64,000 nt of DNA from positions 18,945 to 82,944 of the forward strand of contig JAURCP010000005.1 in NCBI GenBank assembly GCA_030828405.1, read 5' to 3'. The notes beneath the pieces were generated by a model, which did no database searches, had not been told where the DNA came from, and was given only the letters and a program-made list of their open reading frames with translations. This document shows positions 17,885-26,577 of this stretch, in pieces; the stretch's first letter is position 1, and the number at the start of each line of letters is the position of its first letter. The stretch is from Thermoplasmatota archaeon (GTDB taxonomy: Archaea; Thermoplasmatota; Poseidoniia; Poseidoniales; Thalassarchaeaceae). Made by a program: the position numbers and the translations under genes.

Positions 17885-18979
17885 ATGAGTTTTTTCGGTA
17901 AAAAAATTTCTGATGAGTCACTGGTTTCAGGTATCAAAAAAAGATGGCTAACTAGTAATTGCGGATTAATTTTAGATTCTAAAAGAATTTTTCATCCAGT
18001 ATGGAGAGTAGATTCAATACTTTTTGATGATTTTCTTTCAGGAATTGAAAGACGCAGTGGACTTAGTTTAGGAAGACGCTTAGCGCATGCTTCATCTGAA
18101 TCTGAAGAATGGATTTCCATAGTTTCGAAAAATTCTTTTCCCAAAGGAAGAAACCCTGACAGATGGAAAAACACAAGATTAGATTGGTTAGAAAGAGGTA
18201 TTGGTAACTTTGAGCTATTAGATGATGGCGATGAAATCAGGTTCCTTGTAAAATATCCGCTTAATGGGCCGTTATGTTCGGGTGTTTTTACTGCTAATTG
18301 GGAAAGGGCAACTGGTAAGAGACATAGGTTCAGGTGGAATCATAATAACATTGAAAGCTTAATTCTAATGATTTCAGAGGATGATATGAAAATACCTCAA
18401 CCAAGTAGAATTTCTCTACCTTGGTTCTATGAAAAGCCAATTGTTTCACAAAGCAAAGGTCTTGATTTTTGGGATTCGCTAGATGTTGAGTCAGGTAAAT
18501 TTTGGTCAATAATGGGTAGAAGATTTGCAATGATTAATCAAGATCTCATACTTCGTTTTGAGGATTATTTCCTACCATATTTGGAAGAGATTCATGAAGG
18601 CCGTAAGGATTCTTTTATTTGGGTTGGTGTTGATAAAAAGCGAAGTCTATTATGGACAATATTTTCAGATACTATTAGAGAAATATTCTATAATCAAAAA
18701 CATCATATTTTAATTTCTGAAAATACAGATTGGGCCTATGTTAGTAAACGTCATTTGGAGAGACAAGGTCTCGGGAAAATCGACTCTGTTAGTTCGATAG
18801 ATGAGTTTGGTGGAATAGAGATTTCTTTCAGTTCATGTTATCATCCAGCAATATTCTCAGGGATAATGAGCGGTTGTTGGGAAAGGGCGAATGGACGAAG
18901 TGTCAAATGTAATTTTTCTTATGGGAAAAATTCTAACACAATTAAATTAGTATCAATGAACGAGATTTATCTTGATTAA
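17885..18979 (+). CDS. hypothetical protein built from two homologous halves (possibly V4R-like ligand-binding modules)
   Basis: 364 aa. Internal duplication: LERGIGNFELLDDGDEIRFLVKYPLNGPLCSGVFTANWERATGKRHRFRW versus LERQGLGKIDSVSSIDEFGGIEISFSSCYHPAIFSGIMSGCWERANGRSVKCNF. Confidence 0.6.
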   Translation: MSFFGKKISDESLVSGIKKRWLTSNCGLILDSKRIFHPVWRVDSILFDDFLSGIERRSGLSLGRRLAHASSESEEWISIVSKNSFPKGRNPDRWKNTRLDWLERGIGNFELLDDGDEIRFLVKYPLNGPLCSGVFTANWERATGKRHRFRWNHNNIESLILMISEDDMKIPQPSRISLPWFYEKPIVSQSKGLDFWDSLDVESGKFWSIMGRRFAMINQDLILRFEDYFLPYLEEIHEGRKDSFIWVGVDKKRSLLWTIFSDTIREIFYNQKHHILISENTDWAYVSKRHLERQGLGKIDSVSSIDEFGGIEISFSSCYHPAIFSGIMSGCWERANGRSVKCNFSYGKNSNTIKLVSMNEIYLD

Positions 18980-19030
18980 TTTCAGCACATCAGTAATGAA
19001 ACATTATATCATATCTTTGAGTCAACTGTA

Positions 19031-19055
19031 CGCCCCCAAGGGGGCGCGAGGTGAT
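19031..19055 (+). promoter_or_regulatory. GC-rich perfect hairpin followed by a strong Shine-Dalgarno sequence upstream of a TTG-initiated gene
   Basis: CGCCCCCAAGGGGGCG (19031-19046) is a perfect inverted repeat in an AT-rich spacer. GAGGTGAT (19048-19055) matches the canonical anti-SD complement. TTG codons at 19059 and 19065 are the only plausible starts that retain the N-terminal TM. Confidence 0.4.
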
Positions 19056-19058
19056 TAA

Positions 19059-22000
19059 TTGGCTTTGACACATAACCAATATGCCGTTGCAGCCATTGCT
19101 GCAACCTTGATTTTAGCAGGATTTTACACGATCATTGGAGCCGGTTTAGCTACAGTTTCTGGATGGGAAGATGGTTCAGTAGACATAGAAACTTCTGATA
19201 ATGAAATTCACATAGAAGGTAAAGATACAGACGGTGATGGTTTACCTGACAGAATGGAGCAGACACTTTACGGTACTGATTGGAGACTCTCAGATACAGA
19301 TAATGATGGTTTAGAAGATGGATGGGAGATTGACAATGGCTTAGATCCATTAGATAGTGGTGAAGCCGCTGAACCTGATCCACAAACTACTAATCCGGAT
19401 GAGAACGATGAAAATACTGAGTTAAATGAAACATTCCCTAATCCTGATAATGGCCCATTTGGAGACCCAGATAGAGATGGGCTAATCAATGTGGATGAGG
19501 CAGCACTTGGTACAAATCCAAACTTACAAGATTCTGACGGAGATGGGTTAAATGACCGTTGGGAATCTCTCTATACTTACACTGTAGAGACACCTCAAGG
19601 GCCAATTAAACTTCTTGACCCTCTCGATGGGAATTGGGATTGCTACATTTTGACCCCTGAAGTCAAGGCACAAATCAAGGCAGATATTGGAGCCAGTACA
19701 TTTGATGAAATGGGTAATCAATTCGGCCATTCTTGCGATGCATTATTAGATTTGGAACAACCTGAACCAGATAGTCTCAGAAATTATGTAGAAGAAAGAT
19801 ATGATACTAATCCATTGGAAGAAGATAGTGATGGTGACTTGATTGCTGATAGATATGAAATAGCATTCGGTAACATCGATCTTTCAGTCCATTGTGGAGT
19901 GGTACAATTTGGTACATTGACATTACAGGCACCATATCACGAATACATGAGCGGCCCTGGAGATATGACTTGGTTTGAGGAAGATATGGATGGCGATGGA
20001 CGCCTCAACGGCCCTGGAGATTGGGATTCTGATGGCGATGGAATGCCCGATGGGTACGAATATTGTTATGCACTAGATCAAGAAAGTAAGAGATTCCTTA
20101 ATCCTGCTAATGCAACAGATGCCTATGGCGATAGGGATGAAGACGGTCTAAATAATGTAGAAGAGTATGAAGTCGCATACACATGGGGTCCTGAAAATTT
20201 CACTAGCCCATTAATGTCTGATACTGATAATGATGGCATGCCTGATGGTTGGGAGCATTTGAATGGAATACACCCTAATGACGATGGCGCTAATGCTTTA
20301 GAAGACCCCGATTTTGATGGGTATGATTCTGATGGTGATGGCGGGGTTCGTTATGACGATCTTGTAGGGGTGAGTACTGTTCATTTGATTTCCGTAGAAT
20401 TGGGGGAATATGTCCCAGTCAATAAAACAATTCTCTGGGTCAGAACAGTTCAAAACAGTGTTTATGTAAATATTCCTGTGAAAACACAAACCGAAGGCTG
20501 GGTTTATGAGATTAATGTTGATGTTGGTGATGAGGTACTTACTAGGACTCAAGATTTAGCTATTATTGTAGAACAGGATGAAAGGTTCACAAACTTAGAT
20601 GAGTATAACGCTAGAGATAGAGATGGAGATGGTATTACTGACGGAAGGTCGACAAATCCTCTCGTAGCTGACACAGACAATGACGGGCTAATTGATGGAA
20701 TAGAGGTTATTGGTTGGACAATCAGAGTCGTTGACAATGGTGTCAAAGACGTATTAGTTCGTAGCGACCCTGGTGTATTTGATACAGATAGTGACGGTCT
20801 TTCTGATGCAGTTGAATATTATGAAACGTTTACTAATGCTACGGATAGAGATACTGATAGCGACGGTTTGGAAGATTTTACTGAAGCCGTGGATGGATTC
20901 TACTGGAATGTCACAGAAAAATATTTCACTAATGCTTCTTCATTTGATACAGATAATGATGGATTAGCAGACGGAGAAGAAGTGGTAGATGGACAGGATC
21001 AGTACATCACTCATGGTAATAATGCAGACAGCGATGGTGATGGATTAGATGATGGTGGAGAAGTATTATTCATTCCACGACCGTGGCAAGCAGCTACCAA
21101 TCCGTTGATTAATGATACAGATGAAGACGGACAACCCGATGGATGGGAAATGCAAGTATTTTCAATACAACAGAATACTAATAGTCACAGCTTGTGGATT
21201 AGTAGTACTAATTGGCTTCCACCTGGATGTGATAATATGTTTGAATGTGGGTTAGGACCGGGCGGTTGGGTCTGGACAAATTATGTCCAAGGTTTCTCTA
21301 CATCTGGAGATAGAGATGGTGATGGAGTAATGGACCCGAAATATTTCCTTCATGAAATGAATCTATCAGGTTTTGTAATTCCTAATGATGGAAGATGGGC
21401 TTTAGATCCGGCTTATGGTTCTATGACAGATAATATATTTGACATTGACAATGATACTCTAATGAATCAACTAGAAGCACCTGACAGGTGGAATACTAAT
21501 CCTGTTAATGACGATACTGATGGCGATAAACTTCCAGATGGATGGGAAGTTTTCTATTCGGGAGAAGCAATTTCTTTAGGTATAGTAGACAATAATTCAC
21601 TGAATGCATTAGGTGCACGAGGACCAATGGATCCTGCAATGATTGACTCTGATTTAGACGGTGTGGATGACGGACAGGAAGACTTTGATAGAGACGGACT
21701 AAATCGTACAAATCTGTTGTACCGTTATTGCCCGGGTTGGGACGATCCTCAAAATGCAGAGTGCCACATAGATCCAATGGGAGATTATGGAAAAAGGTTC
21801 TATGATGACCTTGAAAATTATACTAACTTCGAAGAAATGCAAAATGGAACAAGCCCAATTTTGAATGATACTGACGGTGATCAGTGGTTCGATGGCTCAG
21901 AAGTTTTCCACCAAGATCAAGATGGAGATGGAATGTGGGCAGGATGGGAATATTTCTTCGACTTTGATCCATTCGATCCTGCAGATGCAAATATCGATTC

Positions 22001-22106
22001 TGACGGTGATGGTTCTCTGAATAAATGTGAGAATAAATGGAATACTAATCCAAAGGATCCTGTGAGCTTCCCCAGTCAGGGTGAATTATGCAATCAATTT
22101 GAGTGA
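19059..22106 (+). CDS. thrombospondin type-3 (TSP3) calcium-binding repeat protein, N-terminally membrane-anchored (1015 aa)
   Basis: N-terminal hydrophobic helix AVAAIAATLILAGFYTIIGAGLA. Dozens of DxDxDG-type loops are present (DTDGDGLPD, DTDNDGLEDGWE, DSDGDGLNDRWE, DTDNDGMPDGWE, DSDGDGLDDGGE). It needs a non-ATG (TTG) start. Confidence 0.85.
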   Translation: MALTHNQYAVAAIAATLILAGFYTIIGAGLATVSGWEDGSVDIETSDNEIHIEGKDTDGDGLPDRMEQTLYGTDWRLSDTDNDGLEDGWEIDNGLDPLDSGEAAEPDPQTTNPDENDENTELNETFPNPDNGPFGDPDRDGLINVDEAALGTNPNLQDSDGDGLNDRWESLYTYTVETPQGPIKLLDPLDGNWDCYILTPEVKAQIKADIGASTFDEMGNQFGHSCDALLDLEQPEPDSLRNYVEERYDTNPLEEDSDGDLIADRYEIAFGNIDLSVHCGVVQFGTLTLQAPYHEYMSGPGDMTWFEEDMDGDGRLNGPGDWDSDGDGMPDGYEYCYALDQESKRFLNPANATDAYGDRDEDGLNNVEEYEVAYTWGPENFTSPLMSDTDNDGMPDGWEHLNGIHPNDDGANALEDPDFDGYDSDGDGGVRYDDLVGVSTVHLISVELGEYVPVNKTILWVRTVQNSVYVNIPVKTQTEGWVYEINVDVGDEVLTRTQDLAIIVEQDERFTNLDEYNARDRDGDGITDGRSTNPLVADTDNDGLIDGIEVIGWTIRVVDNGVKDVLVRSDPGVFDTDSDGLSDAVEYYETFTNATDRDTDSDGLEDFTEAVDGFYWNVTEKYFTNASSFDTDNDGLADGEEVVDGQDQYITHGNNADSDGDGLDDGGEVLFIPRPWQAATNPLINDTDEDGQPDGWEMQVFSIQQNTNSHSLWISSTNWLPPGCDNMFECGLGPGGWVWTNYVQGFSTSGDRDGDGVMDPKYFLHEMNLSGFVIPNDGRWALDPAYGSMTDNIFDIDNDTLMNQLEAPDRWNTNPVNDDTDGDKLPDGWEVFYSGEAISLGIVDNNSLNALGARGPMDPAMIDSDLDGVDDGQEDFDRDGLNRTNLLYRYCPGWDDPQNAECHIDPMGDYGKRFYDDLENYTNFEEMQNGTSPILNDTDGDQWFDGSEVFHQDQDGDGMWAGWEYFFDFDPFDPADANIDSDGDGSLNKCENKWNTNPKDPVSFPSQGELCNQFE

Positions 22107-22114
22107 CGCTAAAT

Positions 22115-22591
22115 ATGTCTTGGTGGATTCTTCCGACTACTGCAGATATTGGAATTAGAGCATTTTCATCTACTGCTGTGGGCGCTATTACTGAATGTGT
22201 ACTCGGCCTCCAATCAATTCAGTTAGAGGATAAGAATCCTGAATCTCTAAATAATTTAACAAGATTTAATGGAGTATGGGCAGTGGTGATAAAAAATAAT
22301 GATTTGGAAAGAGGACTTGTCAAGTTTTTAGAAGAAATACTTTACAGAGGCTCTGTTGAAAATCAGTGGCTAGTTGATTTAGCAGTTAAAATCGATGAAA
22401 AATCTATTTCTGCCCATGTTTCTTGGGTTAAGTCAGATTTTGTAGTTCGTGAAATTGAAATCAAGGCAGTGACATTACATGAACTAGTATTTAGAGAAAT
22501 TAAAATGGGAGAAATAGTTACTGGGGTTGAACCAAATATTCCTATCTTTGAAGGACCGGGTTGGATGGCTCAAGTAGTCTTGGATATATGA
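22115..22591 (+). CDS. archease (RtcB activator / tRNA-modification chaperone)
   Basis: The N-terminal TADIGIRAF corresponds to the archease HTAD-I-x-x-x-A motif. The C-terminal EIKAVTLHELVF matches the conserved VKAVTYH block. Start taken at ATG 22115; the ORF track opens at GTG 22103. Confidence 0.85.
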   Translation: MSWWILPTTADIGIRAFSSTAVGAITECVLGLQSIQLEDKNPESLNNLTRFNGVWAVVIKNNDLERGLVKFLEEILYRGSVENQWLVDLAVKIDEKSISAHVSWVKSDFVVREIEIKAVTLHELVFREIKMGEIVTGVEPNIPIFEGPGWMAQVVLDI

Positions 22592-22592
22592 T

Positions 22593-24359
22593 TCAGATAT
22601 CTTCTTCATTTTTATCAGATTTATTATAATTATCTAGAATTTCAGCAGTTTCTTCTGCATTTTTTGATAAATTATGTACAAAGTAAACTCCTGCAGAGAT
22701 CATTATAATTATTATGACAATAAGGATTGGAATCATGTTGAAACTTTCATCATTAATTTCTTCCCAAAGGATGGGTTCTGTAGACATAGTGCCCCCTCCA
22801 AATGCCTGTGAGTTTTCATAATCAACTAATTGACTAGGCGTTAATACCTCACATGTTAAACTCAATGTTCCAGGCTCATTATTTCTCCAACCGAAGAAAA
22901 CTTCTACTTCTTCTCCGGCATCAATCATTACGTTCTGATACCCCCCAATATCTGCTGACATACCTGTTTCTGTAATATTACAATTAAAGTATAAATTAGC
23001 AGAAGCACCGCCTCTATTCGCTAAAATAGCGGATATTTGTTGAGATACCCCGGTTTGCAAATTTTCCTCTGATGTAGAATCATCTAAGTTTACGGTAAGA
23101 GAAACCCATTCTATGTTCGGGACATTAATTGAAGTCAAATCTATTTCCTTTTCCCATGTTAATTCAAAATTCGCTGGACCATAATTGTTGATACCACTAG
23201 ATTCTGTATTCCAAGCAGTCCTATATTCTAAAATTGAAATGACTGCATTTTCTGTAGTAATTTCTCCATTTGCCCAACCTATCTCAATTACTCTAGAATC
23301 ACCTTGAGTGTTGATTACAGATTTACCATCAAATCCGCTATAATTATTGATTTCTAATACTCCGTTTGGGCTGTTTCCAGTTATACTAAAATAAACTCCT
23401 TCGGAATCTAAAATAATGACTTGGTCGGAAATAATTCGCTCCCATCTATCAATTAAATTTCCTTTTATTGAAACAGCAGTATTGTCTTCTGAAGTGCCCC
23501 ATTCAATATTTGTTAGCGGCTGTGCTTGTACATAGTGATCGTCGCTACTACCTGAGATTTCACTGTTTTGAATAATCAATGAGGCATCATCACTGGTTAA
23601 TATCATTGGGCTACTATCTTTGATAAATCCTTCCTTTATCACAGTCTCACTGCTAGAAATTATATTCACACCATACAATGTTGAGTTCTCTATTATCTCA
23701 ATTTTTCCATCAGAGTTTATTGTAAGCCCATTCTCTCCATGAAGTAACATATTCTGATACGGTAATTCATTAGCTTTGTATTCATAATTCCCAGATTCTG
23801 TCTCAAGAATAATTGATTTAATAATAGGGAACTGTCCGTATCCGGTGAAACCTAGGACCGTATCTCCCTGTGAATCAGGAACATTCAATGAGAAGTTCAT
23901 TCCACTCATTAAAACAGGTTCCATATCCCCTAAGTATACATTACTACCGTCTAATAATGCTCCCTCTTCGGCGTTAATTATGACATTTATGTCTCCATTA
24001 TGAATTGAGCTTGGTATAATTATTGCCGACCTATTTTGTTCATCAATAGCTCCTAATGTTTTCAACGAAGTCGCCCTTTTTTCAGAAATTAATTCTGAGG
24101 ATTCTATTAATCTCAATTCCCCACCTTGGTCAATGATTATTGTAGATGTTGACGAGAAAGTTATAGAAGAACTAATGGTCAACTTACCTTCACTGGTTAT
24201 GTGAATATTTTGATTAATATTTTGGTCAGTCGTCCAATCAACAATCTCATCAATTATTATGTCTCCTTGATGATTGTCTGCAACTGTTGGTACAGTGAAA
24301 AAAACTAGAATTAATAATATTGAGATAAAACCAGTTTTCATCTTTAGTATGGTACTCAT
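22593..24359 (-). CDS. surface protein: signal peptide, beta-rich ectodomain with C-terminal CARDB-like module, TM anchor, acidic tail (588 aa)
   Basis: Signal-like KTGFISILLILVFFTVPTVA. CARDB-like ISAILANRGGASANLYFNCNITETG..GEEVEVFFGW. TM is MIPILIVIIIIMISAGVYFV. The tail is HNLSKNAEETAEILDNYNKSDKNEEDI. Confidence 0.75.
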   Translation of the reverse strand: MSTILKMKTGFISILLILVFFTVPTVADNHQGDIIIDEIVDWTTDQNINQNIHITSEGKLTISSSITFSSTSTIIIDQGGELRLIESSELISEKRATSLKTLGAIDEQNRSAIIIPSSIHNGDINVIINAEEGALLDGSNVYLGDMEPVLMSGMNFSLNVPDSQGDTVLGFTGYGQFPIIKSIILETESGNYEYKANELPYQNMLLHGENGLTINSDGKIEIIENSTLYGVNIISSSETVIKEGFIKDSSPMILTSDDASLIIQNSEISGSSDDHYVQAQPLTNIEWGTSEDNTAVSIKGNLIDRWERIISDQVIILDSEGVYFSITGNSPNGVLEINNYSGFDGKSVINTQGDSRVIEIGWANGEITTENAVISILEYRTAWNTESSGINNYGPANFELTWEKEIDLTSINVPNIEWVSLTVNLDDSTSEENLQTGVSQQISAILANRGGASANLYFNCNITETGMSADIGGYQNVMIDAGEEVEVFFGWRNNEPGTLSLTCEVLTPSQLVDYENSQAFGGGTMSTEPILWEEINDESFNMIPILIVIIIIMISAGVYFVHNLSKNAEETAEILDNYNKSDKNEEDI

Positions 24360-24409
24360 GTATACTGCGAATCACCAATAGGAAATTAATACTTGGGCGC
24401 CATGAGGGA

Positions 24410-25132
24410 ATGTTTCATGTCCGAAAGTCTTTTCGACAGGTTGTGGATGTCTCTTCCCCTCCTTTCCAATCGAATGGTCCTGAATCATTTTTTGTGAATG
24501 TATTATGTGTGTTATTGATGTATGGTTCCGCATATTTAGCCAATACTGGTGCTATGTTATTCGGTAAATGGATACCTGATAAAACTGGAATGTCTGTTAT
24601 TATTATTGATCGTGGAAAGAATTATTCGGATGGTCATAGGATATTGGGAGATGGAAAGTCTTGGAATGGTTTGATAGGAGGAGGTATATTTAGTGGAATA
24701 TTATTTATTTTAGCCCACAATCTCTGGAATGATAATGGTACAGATGCACCATTTATTGACCCTCTAATTTATGCCGACTCTGGTGATTGGTTCTGGTTTT
24801 TCGGAGGAGAACTTAGTTCATCTTTTGCCGCATTTACAATGGGTTTTATACTTGGTTTTTCTTGCATGATAGGAGATATGTGTGGTTCATTTGTTAAGCG
24901 TAGAAGGGGATTGAAAAGAGAAGGTGATGAAAGTTCAGAAGCTCCTCTTTTGGATACAATTCCATTTGCGATTGCTATATTTGCTACTGCTTTTTTACTA
25001 TTCGATGGCCAGATTATCACTCATCCCAATTTAGTTGAAGAAATTATTTTCCTTTTGATTATCACTCCCGTAATTCACCGTTCATTCAATATTTTAGGCT
25101 ATAAATTCGGCTTAAAAGAAGTTCCGTACTAG
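24410..25132 (+). CDS. carS: CDP-archaeol synthase (CDP-2,3-bis-O-geranylgeranyl-sn-glycerol synthase, DUF46)
   Basis: ILGDGKSWNGLIGGG, GDMCGSFVKRRRG and the C-terminal GYKFGLKEVPY match the CarS blocks I recall (ILGDGKTWRG, GDLCGSFIKRR, LKEVPW). The start may lie downstream of 24410, because the N-terminus is about 25 aa longer than expected. Confidence 0.88.
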   Translation: MFHVRKSFRQVVDVSSPPFQSNGPESFFVNVLCVLLMYGSAYLANTGAMLFGKWIPDKTGMSVIIIDRGKNYSDGHRILGDGKSWNGLIGGGIFSGILFILAHNLWNDNGTDAPFIDPLIYADSGDWFWFFGGELSSSFAAFTMGFILGFSCMIGDMCGSFVKRRRGLKREGDESSEAPLLDTIPFAIAIFATAFLLFDGQIITHPNLVEEIIFLLIITPVIHRSFNILGYKFGLKEVPY

Positions 25133-25183
25133 TTTTATTTTACAATACGGCATTAGAATTCATTAATTCCTTTACTCCATCGG

Positions 25184-26458
25184 ATGAACGTGTCTGGCAT
25201 GGAAGTACTCATTGTAGGTAGTGGTGGTCGAGAGCATGCTCTAGCCCTCCGTCTCTCAGAATCGGACTCAGTAAATCATGTTCATTCATGCCCTGGGAAT
25301 GCAGGCACGGCTATTTCAGGGACTAATTATAAAGTAGATTCAATGGATATTGAGGGAATCATTGATTTGACTAAAAAATTGAATATTGATTTGGTAGTAG
25401 TTGGTCCTGAAGCGCCACTAGTTGCGGGCTTATCTGATAGACTCTCGGAAGAAGAAATTCCTTGTTTTGGTCCTAATTCAATAGGTGCTAAATTAGAAGG
25501 TTCGAAATTGTATGCAAAGGAGGTCATGCAATCGATGAAAGTTCCGACAGCTGGTCTGATATTGATAGAAAAAATAGATCAAATTAATGACTCATTAGAT
25601 ACCTATTCTCCTCCTTGGGTGGTGAAGAGAGATGTCCTAGCAGGTGGCAAAGGAGTAGTTGTAACATCTGATCGTAATGAAGCCTTTAATGCTCTGAAAG
25701 ATGGAATAAAGTTGGATGGGAAAGTACTTCTTGAAGAATTCCTATTTGGTGAAGAAGCATCAGTTTTGGTAGTAATGGACGAATCAGGTTATGTTTGTTT
25801 ACCTGCAAGTCAAGACCATAAACGTCTTCTGGACGGTGATAATGGCCCAAATACAGGTGGAATGGGTGCTTATGCTCCTGCTCCCGTTTACACTGCTGCT
25901 GTAGAACAGAGGACAATTTCTGAAATTGTTGAGCCTATGCACCATTTCCTCAGGAATCAGGATGTACCTTATCGTGGTTGCCTATATGTTGGGCTAATGA
26001 TAGATCAGAATGGAGCCCCTTTTGTAGTAGAATTTAATGTCCGTTTTGGAGATCCAGAAACACAAGTAACGTTACCATTAATCTCAAGTGATTTAGGAGA
26101 GTTATTGATGTCTTGTGCAAATGGCAAAATTTCTGAATGTAAATATACTACATTTCCGTATTCATCGGCAACCATTGTTTTATGTTCAGAAGGCTATCCT
26201 TCCAATTCAATTACTGGTAGAGTAATCACAGGTACAGAAACAAGAATTGAGGAAGGGGAAATCAGTGCTTTTGTCCATTATGCCGGTACCATGATTTCTG
26301 ATGAGGGGACATTAATTTCTAATGGTGGTCGTGTGCTCGCAGCAACCGGAATAGCGCCTAATCTAGGTTTAGCAGTTGAAGCCGCGTATGAAGTAATTGA
26401 GAATATAGAATTGGAAGGTTCATATTTCAGAAAAGACATTGCCCATAAAGGGCTCTGA
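25184..26458 (+). CDS. purD: phosphoribosylamine--glycine ligase (GAR synthetase)
   Basis: VLIVGSGGREHALA, the ATP-grasp core, GPNTGGMGAY, EFNVRFGDPE and GGRVLA. An alternative ATG at 25199 (MEVLIVGSGG) is probably the true start. Confidence 0.95.
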   Translation: MNVSGMEVLIVGSGGREHALALRLSESDSVNHVHSCPGNAGTAISGTNYKVDSMDIEGIIDLTKKLNIDLVVVGPEAPLVAGLSDRLSEEEIPCFGPNSIGAKLEGSKLYAKEVMQSMKVPTAGLILIEKIDQINDSLDTYSPPWVVKRDVLAGGKGVVVTSDRNEAFNALKDGIKLDGKVLLEEFLFGEEASVLVVMDESGYVCLPASQDHKRLLDGDNGPNTGGMGAYAPAPVYTAAVEQRTISEIVEPMHHFLRNQDVPYRGCLYVGLMIDQNGAPFVVEFNVRFGDPETQVTLPLISSDLGELLMSCANGKISECKYTTFPYSSATIVLCSEGYPSNSITGRVITGTETRIEEGEISAFVHYAGTMISDEGTLISNGGRVLAATGIAPNLGLAVEAAYEVIENIELEGSYFRKDIAHKGL

Positions 26459-26474
26459 AGGTAATATTTAGTCA

Positions 26475-26515
26475 TATTTTATTTTTATCTGAAAACCGTT
26501 GTCCCACTAACGGTT
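26475..26515 (+). terminator. T-rich tract plus 7-bp hairpin downstream of purD
   Basis: The T-rich run TATTTTATTTTTATCT (26475-26490) is followed by AACCGTT-N8-AACGGTT (26494-26515). A second small hairpin, GAGCC-TACA-GGCTC, lies at 26545-26558. Confidence 0.3.
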
Positions 26516-26577
26516 ATAACATCCTCAATTTTCGCCGGAACTCTGAGCCTACAGGCTCGACAACATGGTGATGAATA

